Shown here: positions 1 to 9,036 of the stretch, one piece after another
How positions within the stretch are numbered: the first letter of the stretch is position 1
Layout of the letters: every line of letters starts with the position of its first letter
Assembly (NCBI GenBank): GCA_008375315.1
Contig: CP032507.1
Span: forward strand, 2,874,071-2,938,070
Source: Ectothiorhodospiraceae bacterium BW-2
Lineage (GTDB): Bacteria; Pseudomonadota; Gammaproteobacteria; Thiohalomonadales; Thiohalomonadaceae
Length of the DNA stretch: 64,000 nucleotides
Direction: 5' to 3'
Position numbers and translations under genes: made by a program
The notes under the pieces: model-generated
Told to the model about the DNA's origin: nothing
What the model saw: only the letters and a program-made list of their open reading frames with translations
The model's database searches: none

Positions 1-186
1 GTCTATGCCGAACACCAGCTTGAGCTACTGCCTCAGGCGCGGATTCGGGGCAGCGTCTATTACGGCTACATTGAGATAGCTAAAGGGGCGGAGGTGAACG
101 GCAATTTGATTCGACTAGAGGAGGGGGGGGCAACGGGAGAGCGTGAGCTAACTCCCCCCTCTGTCGAGCAAGAGAGTGAGGCTAAA
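1..186 (+). CDS. 3' end of a CDS that begins upstream of the window. Product unknown; the C-terminus is Gly/Val-rich and possibly bactofilin-like.
   Basis: Frame +1 is open from nt 1 to a TGA at 184-186 (61 sense codons, about 5% chance occurrence). Not in the ORF track because it has no start inside the window. No recognisable motif. Confidence 0.35.
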
Positions 187-255
187 AGTTGACTAAATAG
201 GTCGGAATACAGATAATAGCTGTGGAGCAAGTGTTTAACCAAACTGGAGTAGCGT

Positions 256-597
256 ATGAGTGCAACTGAACAACCATTAATTTTTACTGAAAGTGCAGCC
301 ACCAAAGTGAAGGGGCTGATTGAAGAGGAGGGGAACGACAACCTCAAATTGCGGGTCTATGTCACCGGTGGTGGCTGTTCTGGGTTTCAGTACGGCTTTA
401 CCTTTGACGAAAATGTTAACGATGGCGATACTGCGGTCGAGACCAACGGCGTAACGCTATTAATCGATCCGATGAGTTTTCAATATATGGTCGGTGCCGA
501 AATCGACTTTAAAGAGGATCTCGAAGGGGCGCAGTTTGTGATTCGTAACCCGAATGCCACCACCACCTGCGGCTGTGGCTCCTCCTTCTCCCCCTAG
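256..597 (+). CDS. erpA: Iron-sulfur cluster insertion protein ErpA (A-type carrier)
   Basis: 113 aa with near-identity to E. coli ErpA over the conserved blocks [30 protein letters not shown] and the C-terminal CGCGSSF. All three conserved cluster-ligand Cys are present. Confidence 0.9.
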   Translation: MSATEQPLIFTESAATKVKGLIEEEGNDNLKLRVYVTGGGCSGFQYGFTFDENVNDGDTAVETNGVTLLIDPMSFQYMVGAEIDFKEDLEGAQFVIRNPNATTTCGCGSSFSP

Positions 598-697
598 TAT
601 GGCCACTGTGACTGTCACTATTAGAGCTGCGCTGAACTGAGAGCTAGCTCTGTTCCGGTTCCCATCCACTCGTTAGGTGGGAGCCGATTTCGATCGC

Positions 698-1747
698 TTA
701 GCGGTAGGTGAGTGCCCAGACAATATGCTCGGCTACCATAGGATCGGCCCCGCTTAACCGGTGCTGTAGCGCCGCTACCACCGCTTCACTTTTTGGCCCA
801 TTGCCGAGTGCAACCGCCAGATTGCGTTGCCATAGACGATAACCGAGCCGCCGCAGCACCATCCCCTCACTTTTGGCCAAAAAGGTCGCCTCATCCCACA
901 AAAAGAGCTCTAAGAGTGTGGCCTGATCGAGTCGATGTCGTGGTAAAAAGTCGTTAACGGCGGTGAGTTTAGCAAAGCGATTCCAAGGGCAGATGAGCTG
1001 ACAATCGTCGCAGCCGACAATGCGGTTACCGAGCTGTGGTCGCAGCGAGAGGGGAATCGCGCCGTGATGCTCAATAGTTAAATAGGAGAGACAGCGGCGG
1101 GCATCGAGCCGATAGGGGGCAATAATCGCCCCTGTCGGGCAGATATCGACACAGCGCTGGCAGCGACCGCAGTGGTTGCTCGCTGGCTGATCTGGTTTAA
1201 GAGGGAGATCGGTCAGCAGCGTGCCGATAAAAAACCACGATCCGCGCTCTCTGTTTACCAAATTGGTATGTTTGCCGATCCAGCCTAGGCCGGCTAGCTG
1301 AGCTAACGGCTTCTCCATGACCGGGCCACTATCGACAAATATCCGATATCCAAACGGCCGCCACGCCTGTTGCAGCGCCTCGGCGAGCTGTTTTAGACGG
1401 CGGCGCAATACTTTATGGTAGTCGCGCCCTAAACTATAGCGGGAGAGATAGGCTCCCTCTGAACGCTGTAACTGCTGCCACATCTGCGCCTGTGGTTCTG
1501 GTAGATAGTCGAGCGTCACCATGATGGCACTCACCGTTCCCGGAACTAACTGCTGCGGCTGCCACCGTTTTGCACCGTGTTTGGCCATATAGGCCATCTC
1601 GCCATGAAACTGCGCGGCGAGCCACTGCTGTAGCCGCGCCCCCGCCTCTGCTAGTGTTAGTGGGGCGATGCCGACTAGACTGAGGCCGGCTTGTTGGCAC
1701 TGCTGTTGCAAAGTCGCCTCGGGTGAGTGGGGGGGAGCGCTAATCAT
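698..1747 (-). CDS. queG: Epoxyqueuosine reductase QueG
   Basis: Two 4Fe-4S ferredoxin motifs are present (CGRCQRCVDICP and CDDCQLICPWN). The QueG N-terminal block QWLAAQFHGEMAYMAKHGAKR is present. The track ORF extends to 2071, but the QueG homology starts at the ATG at 1745-1747 (MISAPPHS...), and the extension overlaps the divergent gene at 1882. Start re-assigned to 1747. Confidence 0.85.
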   Translation of the reverse strand: MISAPPHSPEATLQQQCQQAGLSLVGIAPLTLAEAGARLQQWLAAQFHGEMAYMAKHGAKRWQPQQLVPGTVSAIMVTLDYLPEPQAQMWQQLQRSEGAYLSRYSLGRDYHKVLRRRLKQLAEALQQAWRPFGYRIFVDSGPVMEKPLAQLAGLGWIGKHTNLVNRERGSWFFIGTLLTDLPLKPDQPASNHCGRCQRCVDICPTGAIIAPYRLDARRCLSYLTIEHHGAIPLSLRPQLGNRIVGCDDCQLICPWNRFAKLTAVNDFLPRHRLDQATLLELFLWDEATFLAKSEGMVLRRLGYRLWQRNLAVALGNGPKSEAVVAALQHRLSGADPMVAEHIVWALTYR

Positions 1748-1881
1748 GGTGTCGTAGTTTACCCTAACCGAGGCGCAAATACCCTTCTCATCGCTACCTT
1801 GCCCCAATTTGGGTAGTGAAAATAGCCGCAAAAGTGATACAATTTGATTTTTAGAACAAACAGATTCTCTGGAGGTCTTGG

Positions 1882-2877
1882 ATGATAAGCAGAACTCTAC
1901 CCCAAACTCTCTGGCAGGCGCTATTACTGCTGCTGATAGTGGGCTCGGGACTCGGTGGCTCGGTGGCTGCAACGGCAGCTGAGGAGAGGTCGCTGGTCTA
2001 TCTGGTATCAGATAGACGCATTCCGTTTTGGGATATTCTCGCCCGTGGTATCGAAAACGAGGCTGCGGCACTAGGCTATCGGCTAGCGGTCTATAGCGCC
2101 GAAAATAGCGCGAAAAGGGAGATGGAGAATAGCGTTAAGGCGATCCGTCAGGGGGTCGATGGCATTATCGTCTCGCCGACTAACTCATCGGCCTGCGTCA
2201 CGATTCTAAAATTGGCTAAGGAGGCGGGTATTCCGGTGGTGATTGCCGATATTGGCACCGATGGGGGGGAGTATGTATCGTATATCTCTTCTGATAACCG
2301 TGGCGGAGCCTATCAGCTAGGGCAGATATTAGCCGCAAAGATGCAGCGCCTCGGCTGGCAAGAGGGGCGGGTCGGCATTATTGCTATTCCGCAAAAGAGG
2401 GCCAATGGCCAGGCGCGAACGGCTGGATTTATGCAGGCGCTCGCAGAGGCTGGAATTAAGGGCGGTGGACTGCGGCAGCAAGTCACCTTCTCTTATCAAG
2501 AGACCTACGACTACACTAGGGAGCTGATTCAACAGACCCCCGATCTGCGTGCTATCTGGCTGCAAGGATCAGATCGCTATCAGGGGGCGCTAGATGCGAT
2601 TGCAGCGAGTGGCAAGGAGGGGGAGATTCTGTTAATTACTTTTGATGCTGAGCCTGAATTTCTAGACCTTATCCCCACAGGGAGGCTAGTCGGTGCCGGT
2701 ATGCAGCAGCCGTTTTTAATGGGAGAGAGGGCGGTACAGATACTCAACCAGTATCGACAGGGGGAGAGGATAGAGAGCGAGATCAAGCTGCCGGTGCTGG
2801 CCATCTCTACGGAGAATATTGCCGAAAAGTTACCGCTTATCAAGCGTAATGTTTTGGGTATTGTGGCGGATAATTAG
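1882..2877 (+). CDS. Periplasmic solute-binding protein (type I sugar-binding fold, TorT/LuxP-like sensor partner)
   Basis: N-terminal signal peptide (LLLLLIVGSGLGGSVAATAA). RbsB/LacI-family periplasmic-binding fold signatures (VDGIIVSPTNSSA, IPVVIADIG). GGAGG RBS at 1871-1875. Lies immediately upstream of a hybrid histidine kinase, as in TorT/TorS. Confidence 0.75.
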   Translation: MISRTLPQTLWQALLLLLIVGSGLGGSVAATAAEERSLVYLVSDRRIPFWDILARGIENEAAALGYRLAVYSAENSAKREMENSVKAIRQGVDGIIVSPTNSSACVTILKLAKEAGIPVVIADIGTDGGEYVSYISSDNRGGAYQLGQILAAKMQRLGWQEGRVGIIAIPQKRANGQARTAGFMQALAEAGIKGGGLRQQVTFSYQETYDYTRELIQQTPDLRAIWLQGSDRYQGALDAIAASGKEGEILLITFDAEPEFLDLIPTGRLVGAGMQQPFLMGERAVQILNQYRQGERIESEIKLPVLAISTENIAEKLPLIKRNVLGIVADN

Positions 2878-2889
2878 TGTCGATTTCTG

Positions 2890-5604
2890 ATGGCTAGAGA
2901 GCGCCGGTCGCCCTCGCTCTATCTGAATCTAGCGATGACTATAATAGCTACCGTGGTGGCTATTATGGTGCTCTATTCAGTCTATCACTACGCTAATACC
3001 AAACAGGCGGTTGTCGCCTCGATGAAGCGCAGCTCATCGATGAGTATTGCGCTGTTGCAAAATAATCTCGCCCCGTTAATTGAGTCGTATGCCGTTAATG
3101 AGTACCAAAACCTGATATTTAATGAGCTAGAGCACAACCTCGACTACCTAGCCGTGGTGGTGGAAGATCTCAATATGGGGCAGATTATGGGGCAGGAGAG
3201 CGCCTATGTAAGCGGTAAAATTCGCCTCAGTGAGAGCGAGATAACTAGCTATAAACCGCAGTATCACCCCCTATTAGCTAGCAGTTTCTATAGCGATAGT
3301 GGTGATATTGTCGCTGAAAGCGGGGAGATTCTAGGGCAGATTACCCTCTATATGAGTGATGAGCTGCTCAAACGACAGCTACGCCAGACGCTGTTACAAC
3401 ATCTGGTGGTGGCGCTTGGTTTGAGCCTAATTCTGATTTTGGCGCTCTTTATCTCGATTCGCAACTTTGTATTGCGTCCGTTATCGATAATTGTCACCTC
3501 CCTCGGTGATTGTGACGAGAGCGGCATTCCACAGCACTCAATTCCATTACAAAAGTATCGTGAAATCGCCATTTTAGCTAAGGCGATTAACGCCATGCTC
3601 CAGACGATTCGACTCTCGAAACAGCAGTTAGAGGAGAACCATCAACAGCTAAAAGATGAGCGAGACCGATTTCAACTGGCGATTGAAGGAACTCAAGATG
3701 GCCTCTGGGACTGGGATCCGAAGAGCGACAAAGTCTTCTTCAGCCGCCAATGGAAACAGATGTTAGGCTATGCCGAAGAGGAGATAGGGGACTCTATTAC
3801 CGAGTGGTCGGGACGAGTCCATCCTGAGGATAAGGCGGCGACGATGCAGGCGGTGCAGGCCCACCTTAAGGGTGAGAGTATGGTTTATGAGAATCGTCAT
3901 CGACTGCGCTGTCGTGACGGCTCTTGGCGGTGGATTCTAGACCGAGGTAAAGCGCTGATTGATGAGGAGGGTAAGGTGGTGCGTATGGTCGGGTTTCATA
4001 CCGACATTACCCGCGATATAGAACATCAGCAGGCGGCAGAGAGCGCTAATCGAGCCAAATCGCTCTTTTTAGCCACCATGAGCCACGAAATTCGTACCCC
4101 GATGACCGGGATTCTTGGCATGGCAGAGCTGTTACTTGAGACCGAGTTGTCACCACAGCAGCGGCAGCAGGTGGTACTGATTACCGAATCGGGACGGAAT
4201 CTGCTCGCTATTATTAACGATATTCTCGACTTCTCTAAAATCAGCAGTGGCAAAATGGCGTTAGAGAGCCACCCCTTTAACCTACTTGAACTGGTGCGGC
4301 AGACGCTAGAGCTGTTTCAGTTTAGTACAGCTGCAAAGGGGATAGCGCTCGATTTGGTGCACAATTTTGAGCCGCAGGGGGGCTATAAACCGTTTGTGCG
4401 GGGCGACTCGACTCGTCTTAGGCAGGTGTTGGTTAATTTGATCGGCAATGCGATTAAATTCACCGAATCGGGTTCTGTGCGCTTAGAGTTACAGGTATTG
4501 AGCTGTCTTAACGAGCGATTGCGACTTGCGTTTGCGGTCGAAGATAGCGGCATAGGGATATCGACCGAGCAGCAGCAGCGGCTATTCGAACCCTTCATGC
4601 AAGCTAACCAAGATACTGCCCGTAAGTATGGCGGTTCCGGCTTAGGGCTATCGATCAGCCGCTCGCTAGTGGAGCTAATGGGAGGAGAGATTAGCCTCAA
4701 CTCAGTGGTCGGTGTCGGAACCACTTTTAGCTTTATTATTACGCTCTCTAGCTGTGATAGCCAAGAGGTCGAGAGTGAACTTCCCCGCGAGGCAAGTCAG
4801 ATCGAACCGATGCAGGGGCGGCTACTAGTAGTGGACGATATTAGCACCAATTTGATAGTGGCTGAGGGGATCCTCTCCACATTAGGTCTCACTGTTGTAA
4901 CGGCTGCCAATGGTGAGGAGGCGATAGCGCTCTGGAAAACGGGTCAGTTTGATCTACTGCTACTCGACTGCCTAATGCCGATAATGGATGGCTATACGAC
5001 CAGTCGAAAAATTCGTGAACTAGAGCAGGCGCCAAATCATATCCCGATCCTAGCGCTCACCGCCAACGCCTCTAGTGAAGATTATCAGCGCTGTATTGAA
5101 GCCGGTATGGATGGGGTGATTACCAAACCGTTTCGCAAAAACGATCTCTACCTAGCTCTACGGCGCTATCTATCGGGTAGAGAGCCTACAGCGACAGCCG
5201 TTGTTGCAACGGTCGAACCTGACTCTACCGAGCGGCAGCCGGCACTCGATACAGAACTTGACTTGACGCGGTTACAACAGCTAGTTCATGATGTTGGCAA
5301 GATGGCGCCGAGGGTGCTGAGTATCTCCATTGAGGGGCTTGAGGGGTTATTACAGCAGCTAGCACAGACAGCGCAGACGATGGATCGCAGCTCTTTAATT
5401 CGGCAGTTTCACTCCATGAAATCGACCGCTGCGATGGTCGGCGCTGTGCGGTTGAGTGAGACGGCGCGGCAGCTTGAACTGACGCTAAAGGAGCTACCGG
5501 CAGAGGAGTCGTTCAATCTACAGCCGTCGCTACAGCAGCTACAGCAGCAGTTTCAACAGGTCGTCGGAGAGATTCGACAGTGGATAGATCAATTAACAGG
5601 ATGA
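2890..5604 (+). CDS. Hybrid sensor histidine kinase (two TM helices, HAMP/coiled coil, PAS, HisKA, HATPase_c, REC, HPt)
   Basis: H-box ATMSHEIRTPMTGILGMAELL. N, G1 and G2 boxes present (NLIGNAIKFTESG, GSGLGLSISRSLVELMGGEI). Receiver domain LLVVDDISTNL...LLLLDCLMPIMDGY...KPF. C-terminal HPt block HSMKSTAAMVGAVRLSE. A periplasmic loop lies between TM1 and TM2. Confidence 0.9.
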   Translation: MARERRSPSLYLNLAMTIIATVVAIMVLYSVYHYANTKQAVVASMKRSSSMSIALLQNNLAPLIESYAVNEYQNLIFNELEHNLDYLAVVVEDLNMGQIMGQESAYVSGKIRLSESEITSYKPQYHPLLASSFYSDSGDIVAESGEILGQITLYMSDELLKRQLRQTLLQHLVVALGLSLILILALFISIRNFVLRPLSIIVTSLGDCDESGIPQHSIPLQKYREIAILAKAINAMLQTIRLSKQQLEENHQQLKDERDRFQLAIEGTQDGLWDWDPKSDKVFFSRQWKQMLGYAEEEIGDSITEWSGRVHPEDKAATMQAVQAHLKGESMVYENRHRLRCRDGSWRWILDRGKALIDEEGKVVRMVGFHTDITRDIEHQQAAESANRAKSLFLATMSHEIRTPMTGILGMAELLLETELSPQQRQQVVLITESGRNLLAIINDILDFSKISSGKMALESHPFNLLELVRQTLELFQFSTAAKGIALDLVHNFEPQGGYKPFVRGDSTRLRQVLVNLIGNAIKFTESGSVRLELQVLSCLNERLRLAFAVEDSGIGISTEQQQRLFEPFMQANQDTARKYGGSGLGLSISRSLVELMGGEISLNSVVGVGTTFSFIITLSSCDSQEVESELPREASQIEPMQGRLLVVDDISTNLIVAEGILSTLGLTVVTAANGEEAIALWKTGQFDLLLLDCLMPIMDGYTTSRKIRELEQAPNHIPILALTANASSEDYQRCIEAGMDGVITKPFRKNDLYLALRRYLSGREPTATAVVATVEPDSTERQPALDTELDLTRLQQLVHDVGKMAPRVLSISIEGLEGLLQQLAQTAQTMDRSSLIRQFHSMKSTAAMVGAVRLSETARQLELTLKELPAEESFNLQPSLQQLQQQFQQVVGEIRQWIDQLTG

Positions 5605-5612
5605 GGGATTAA

Positions 5613-6233
5613 GTGACTAGAGTAGGGATCAATCGCGTGGGAAGGGGGGCGGCAGTCGCTGTTTGTCTATGGCTAGTGGCTGTACCGCTCGCGGCGAAAG
5701 AGCTGCTCCACAATGCAACGGGGATGCTTACCGACCATTTAGGCGGCGATTTTACCCTGCAAGGGGAGGAGGGGCCGGTGACTCTAAGCGACTATCGGGG
5801 TAAGGTGGTGATCCTCTATTTTGGTTACACCTCCTGCCCCGATGTCTGCCCGATGAGCCTGTCGATTATGCGCCGCACGATGCAGCAGCTTAGTGAAGAT
5901 CAAGCTACGCAGGTGCAGGGGATCTTTGTGACAGTCGATCCTGAACGCGATAAGGGCGAGGCGCTGCAGCACTATGTGCGCTTTTTCTATCCGACCTTTA
6001 TCGGCCTGCGTGGTAGCGAGAGCGAGCTTAAACCGATTGCTAGGCAGTGGGGCGTCGGCTACCAGAAGCAGGCGTCGGGCTCTGCGCTAGGTTATCTGTT
6101 AGCTCACACTGACTATCTCTATCTGTTAGATCAGCAGGGGGAGCTAGCGGGGCTGTTTCACTCTCTTAGTCAGCCCGAAGAGTTAATCGGAGTGATAGAG
6201 GCGTTATTGAAGTCTCCACCCCATAGCAACTAA
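5613..6233 (+). CDS. SCO1/SenC family copper chaperone (thioredoxin fold)
   Basis: Hallmark motif ILYFGYTSCPDVCP (CxxxC), a downstream conserved His region, and an N-terminal membrane anchor. Starts at GTG 5613, 8 nt after the kinase stop. Confidence 0.8.
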   Translation: MTRVGINRVGRGAAVAVCLWLVAVPLAAKELLHNATGMLTDHLGGDFTLQGEEGPVTLSDYRGKVVILYFGYTSCPDVCPMSLSIMRRTMQQLSEDQATQVQGIFVTVDPERDKGEALQHYVRFFYPTFIGLRGSESELKPIARQWGVGYQKQASGSALGYLLAHTDYLYLLDQQGELAGLFHSLSQPEELIGVIEALLKSPPHSN

Positions 6234-6239
6234 GGCGAT

Positions 6240-6923
6240 TTACTCGATCTCCTCGCTCGGCTGCCGACCGCAGTAGTTATTCTCTACGGCGATAACGGCC
6301 GCTTCAACGCGGGAGTGGACTTCGAGTTTGCGTAAAATCGATTTAACATGCAGTTTAACGGTGCCATCGGAGATACCGAGATTTTTGGCGATCATCTTAT
6401 TACTCTGCCCCTCGGCCACTAGGCAGAGGATCTCCATTTCGCGGCGGGTGAGCTGCTCTGCTGGGTGGGTGGTGGCGGCGGCGCTAGCTTCAGCCGTCTG
6501 GTGTTCCCCCTGAAACAGCCGCGCGAGTAAGCCGGCGAGTTCGGGAGCAACGACACTCTTACCGGCGACGATATCTCTTAACGCTTTCACTAGCTCCATC
6601 GGCTCCATATCTTTGAGCAGGTAGCCGTTAGCCCCCTGTTGCAGGCAGGCAAGTAGATCGCGCTCCTCATTACTGGTGGTTAACATCACTATTGGGCGGG
6701 TAAAGCCGCAGGCTCGTAGCCCCGCTAACACCTCTAGCCCGCTCATCTCCGGCATACGCATATCGAGCAGAACCACATCGGGTTCGATCTCGCGGGCCTT
6801 CATAAAGCCTTCGCGACCATTGCCGGCGGTAGCGATAACATCGATATCGTGCCGCTCTAGCAGCGTCTCTAAACCGCTACGAAATAGGGTGTGATCATCG
6901 ACAATGAGAACTTTAACAGTCAT
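6240..6923 (-). CDS. NarL/FixJ-family response regulator (REC plus LuxR-type HTH)
   Basis: Receiver domain VLIVDDH...VLLDMRMPEMSG. C-terminal LuxR HTH LTRREMEILCLVAEGQSNKMIAKNLGISDGTVKLHVKSILRKL. Confidence 0.9.
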   Translation of the reverse strand: MTVKVLIVDDHTLFRSGLETLLERHDIDVIATAGNGREGFMKAREIEPDVVLLDMRMPEMSGLEVLAGLRACGFTRPIVMLTTSNEERDLLACLQQGANGYLLKDMEPMELVKALRDIVAGKSVVAPELAGLLARLFQGEHQTAEASAAATTHPAEQLTRREMEILCLVAEGQSNKMIAKNLGISDGTVKLHVKSILRKLEVHSRVEAAVIAVENNYCGRQPSEEIE

Positions 6924-6935
6924 AAGTTAGCGGCT

Positions 6936-8546
6936 CTAAATTAATGCAAAATGTTGATTATTCTGTATTTGGCTATACTTGTGCGTGGTGAAGAAGAGGT
7001 GGATTCGGGTTCCCTCCCCCGGTTCGCTCTCAATCTTTAACTCTCCGCCTAGATAGCGTGCCCGCTCCTGCATAATCGATAGGCCGAGATTTTCACCCGG
7101 GTGATCGCTAATATTGTTAAGATCGATGCCGATGCCGTCATCCTCAATGAGGACAGTATAGTCGCTCTGGTTGTGGCTGCGAAGTAGGACGCGCACCGTA
7201 TGGGCTTGGCTATGTTTGCGAATATTAGCTAGCGACTCCTGCACAATGCGTAAAATCTGTAGCTCCATATTGGCCGGTAGCTTTGCATCGTTCCACTCTC
7301 GCTGTAGCAGCACCCGCATCTGGGTCTGGGTACGGAAGTTGCTGATGAGATCTTCGAGCGCCGGCATGAGCCCCCGTTTATGCATCGGGGCACGAAAGTG
7401 GGCTAGTAGTTCACGCAGTTCAGAGTAGGCCTCATCTAATCCCCCCTTAATCTGTTGGATTTCGTGGTGAATATCTGCTAGCGCAATATGGTTAACGCTA
7501 TCATCGAGCATACTAATCTGAAACCGCAGGCTAGCTAGGGTCTGCGCTAGTGAGTCGTGTAGCTCGTGCGCGAGGGCGTTGCGCTCTTTCATTATCGATA
7601 GCCGTTTTGACTCGTCATCGAGCCGCGCCTTCTCAATCGCCATCCCTAGATGCTGCCCGACGCTAGAGAAGAGGGCACTAATTTCGCTATCGAACTCAAC
7701 CCCCTTGTCGGGATCGATAAAGAGGTTATAGATACCGAGCGCTCGCCCATGGTACTGTAGCGGCACGGCGATCATCTTATTGCCTTGATTGTTTAAAATG
7801 GGACTGCCGAGTATGCGCTGGCAGTTATTCAGATCGTGCTCTACCCCGGGTTCACCGCTACGGGAGACGCTACCGCAAAGACAGTGGTCGATCGCCAACT
7901 GCTGCTCATTTTGCAGCGTCTGCTTATCGATACCGAAACTGGAGACAATCTCCATCTTGCCGTTATCGTGAATCAGCCGTACCATGCCCGCTTTGGCGTT
8001 AATCATGTTACGCATGGTGTGGAGAAAGCGGGTGAGTAGATCGCTAGTGTCACGGGCGGTATTGATACTGGTGGCGACATCGTAGAGGAGTTGCAGCGAT
8101 TTGGTCTTCTGTTCAAACTGGGCGGTCTGTTTTTTGACCGCACTTTCGAGATCGAGTGAGACCTGATCGACATGCTGCATCATTCGATTGACATGGGCCG
8201 CACCCGCGTGTAGCGCCCCCATGCTCTTAGCTGGCAACCTAGCGGTGGTGTTGCCTTGACGAATCTGCTCCGACCAGTGATGGAACTGTTCTGAGGGGAG
8301 AATGAGCTCCTCAATCAGTCGCACCGTCTGCCATAGCATGGTTAGGGTCAGCAGGGTTGTCGCAATTAACATCCACCATAAGCCGCCTTGATGGGGGGCA
8401 AACCAGTAGAGTAGGCTTAGCTGTAACAGCGATAGGCAGAGAGTCCCTCCGAGCAGAGTGGCGAAGCGTCTGCTGCTTGATAGATGGAGGCGCCCCCTTA
8501 GAATGAGGGGGGCGATATAGCGTGTTAGAGACTCGATTCGGTTCAA
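6936..8546 (-). CDS. NarX/NarQ-type sensor histidine kinase (HisKA_3/HATPase_c) with two TM helices and a cytoplasmic GAF-like domain
   Basis: HisKA_3 H-box ALAHELHDSLAQTLASLRFQISML. ATPase boxes present (NIRKHSQAHTVRVLL, DDGIGI, GLSIMQERARYLGGEL). The two TM helices are separated by a very short loop, so there is no periplasmic sensor domain. It is 12 nt upstream of the NarL-like regulator on the same strand. The start (TTG at 8546) is uncertain. Confidence 0.85.
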   Translation of the reverse strand: MNRIESLTRYIAPLILRGRLHLSSSRRFATLLGGTLCLSLLQLSLLYWFAPHQGGLWWMLIATTLLTLTMLWQTVRLIEELILPSEQFHHWSEQIRQGNTTARLPAKSMGALHAGAAHVNRMMQHVDQVSLDLESAVKKQTAQFEQKTKSLQLLYDVATSINTARDTSDLLTRFLHTMRNMINAKAGMVRLIHDNGKMEIVSSFGIDKQTLQNEQQLAIDHCLCGSVSRSGEPGVEHDLNNCQRILGSPILNNQGNKMIAVPLQYHGRALGIYNLFIDPDKGVEFDSEISALFSSVGQHLGMAIEKARLDDESKRLSIMKERNALAHELHDSLAQTLASLRFQISMLDDSVNHIALADIHHEIQQIKGGLDEAYSELRELLAHFRAPMHKRGLMPALEDLISNFRTQTQMRVLLQREWNDAKLPANMELQILRIVQESLANIRKHSQAHTVRVLLRSHNQSDYTVLIEDDGIGIDLNNISDHPGENLGLSIMQERARYLGGELKIESEPGEGTRIHLFFTTHKYSQIQNNQHFALI

Positions 8547-8552
8547 GTCAGT

Positions 8553-8900
8553 TTAGACGGTGCCACTACCGCAAGAGGTGGCATTAGGGTTTGGAGGGAC
8601 GAAGTTAGGATCGTTGGGGTTTAGGAAGATAAAGTGATAGTCGCCCTCGCCGGGGTTGAGTTCATCGTAATCGATCTCCATCCCCTTAATGAGCGGGCCA
8701 TACTCAGGGGCGAAGATCAGGGTCACATCGTGCATGGTAAAGACCATGTCATCCTCTTTAGCCTCATCAAAACCCATACCGTACTCAATCGAGCCATCAA
8801 GACCCTTTTTGGCAGCGATACGCAGCGCCATACTTTCGGCGTTGCTCTGACGGGCGGAAATTTTAATCTGCTTAGCAGCAGGAGCGGTAACGGTAATCAT
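8553..8900 (-). CDS. HesB/IscA-fold domain protein lacking the canonical cluster-ligand cysteines
   Basis: 115 aa with IscA/HesB-like spacing and a C-terminal ...SCGSGTV. The three conserved Cys of A-type carriers are absent. The single C-terminal Cys codon is TGC, not TGA. Confidence 0.55.
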   Translation of the reverse strand: MITVTAPAAKQIKISARQSNAESMALRIAAKKGLDGSIEYGMGFDEAKEDDMVFTMHDVTLIFAPEYGPLIKGMEIDYDELNPGEGDYHFIFLNPNDPNFVPPNPNATSCGSGTV

Positions 8901-9036
8901 GGTTAAAGGTCAACTCTCACAGATGGTAGGGGATAGCCGACTCTGGCCAAGCCGACAGAATGAATTTATAGTAGTGTGCCGTAAGGGGGATTACAACCCC
9001 CGCTCATGGCTGTGACATTAACGGGAGAAGAGCAGA

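Noticed and set aside
113-163. A G8...C7 inverted repeat, first considered as a regulatory hairpin or phase-variable tract upstream of erpA.
   Set aside because: It lies inside an uninterrupted reading frame entering from the 5' edge (partial CDS 1-186). Kept only as a note under the homopolymer finding.
698-2071. A 457-aa longest-ORF version of queG. Likewise the 477-aa version of epmB at 44876-46309, and the 5' extensions of cmoA, xseB and the P-loop ORF.
   Set aside because: Homology to the known proteins begins well downstream of the first in-frame start. The extensions are low-complexity and overlap divergent, well-supported genes (1882 PBP gene, efp). Starts were re-assigned to internal ATG or GTG codons.
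8553-8900. Possible selenocysteine in the HesB-like protein.
   Set aside because: The only Cys codon near the C-terminus is TGC. There is no in-frame TGA with a downstream extension.
8634-8906. A 90-aa plus-strand ORF overlapping the HesB-like gene. The many other 60-110 aa antisense ORFs in the track (for example 66-347, 1434-1700, 2329-2843, 3348-3596, 4026-4724, 5784-5972, 6328-6894, 7171-8039, 18145-18741, 20074-20589, 23058-23351, 38319-40650, 41479-42571, 42767-44750, 45075-45917, 47700-48417, 50234-51407, 53547-54215, 54630-55289, 56022-57565, 57923-58160, 58765-59370, 59470-59897, 60763-61099, 61497-62201) fall in the same class.
   Set aside because: All lie inside longer CDS with strong homology on the opposite strand or in another frame. 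They are typical GC-rich shadow ORFs.
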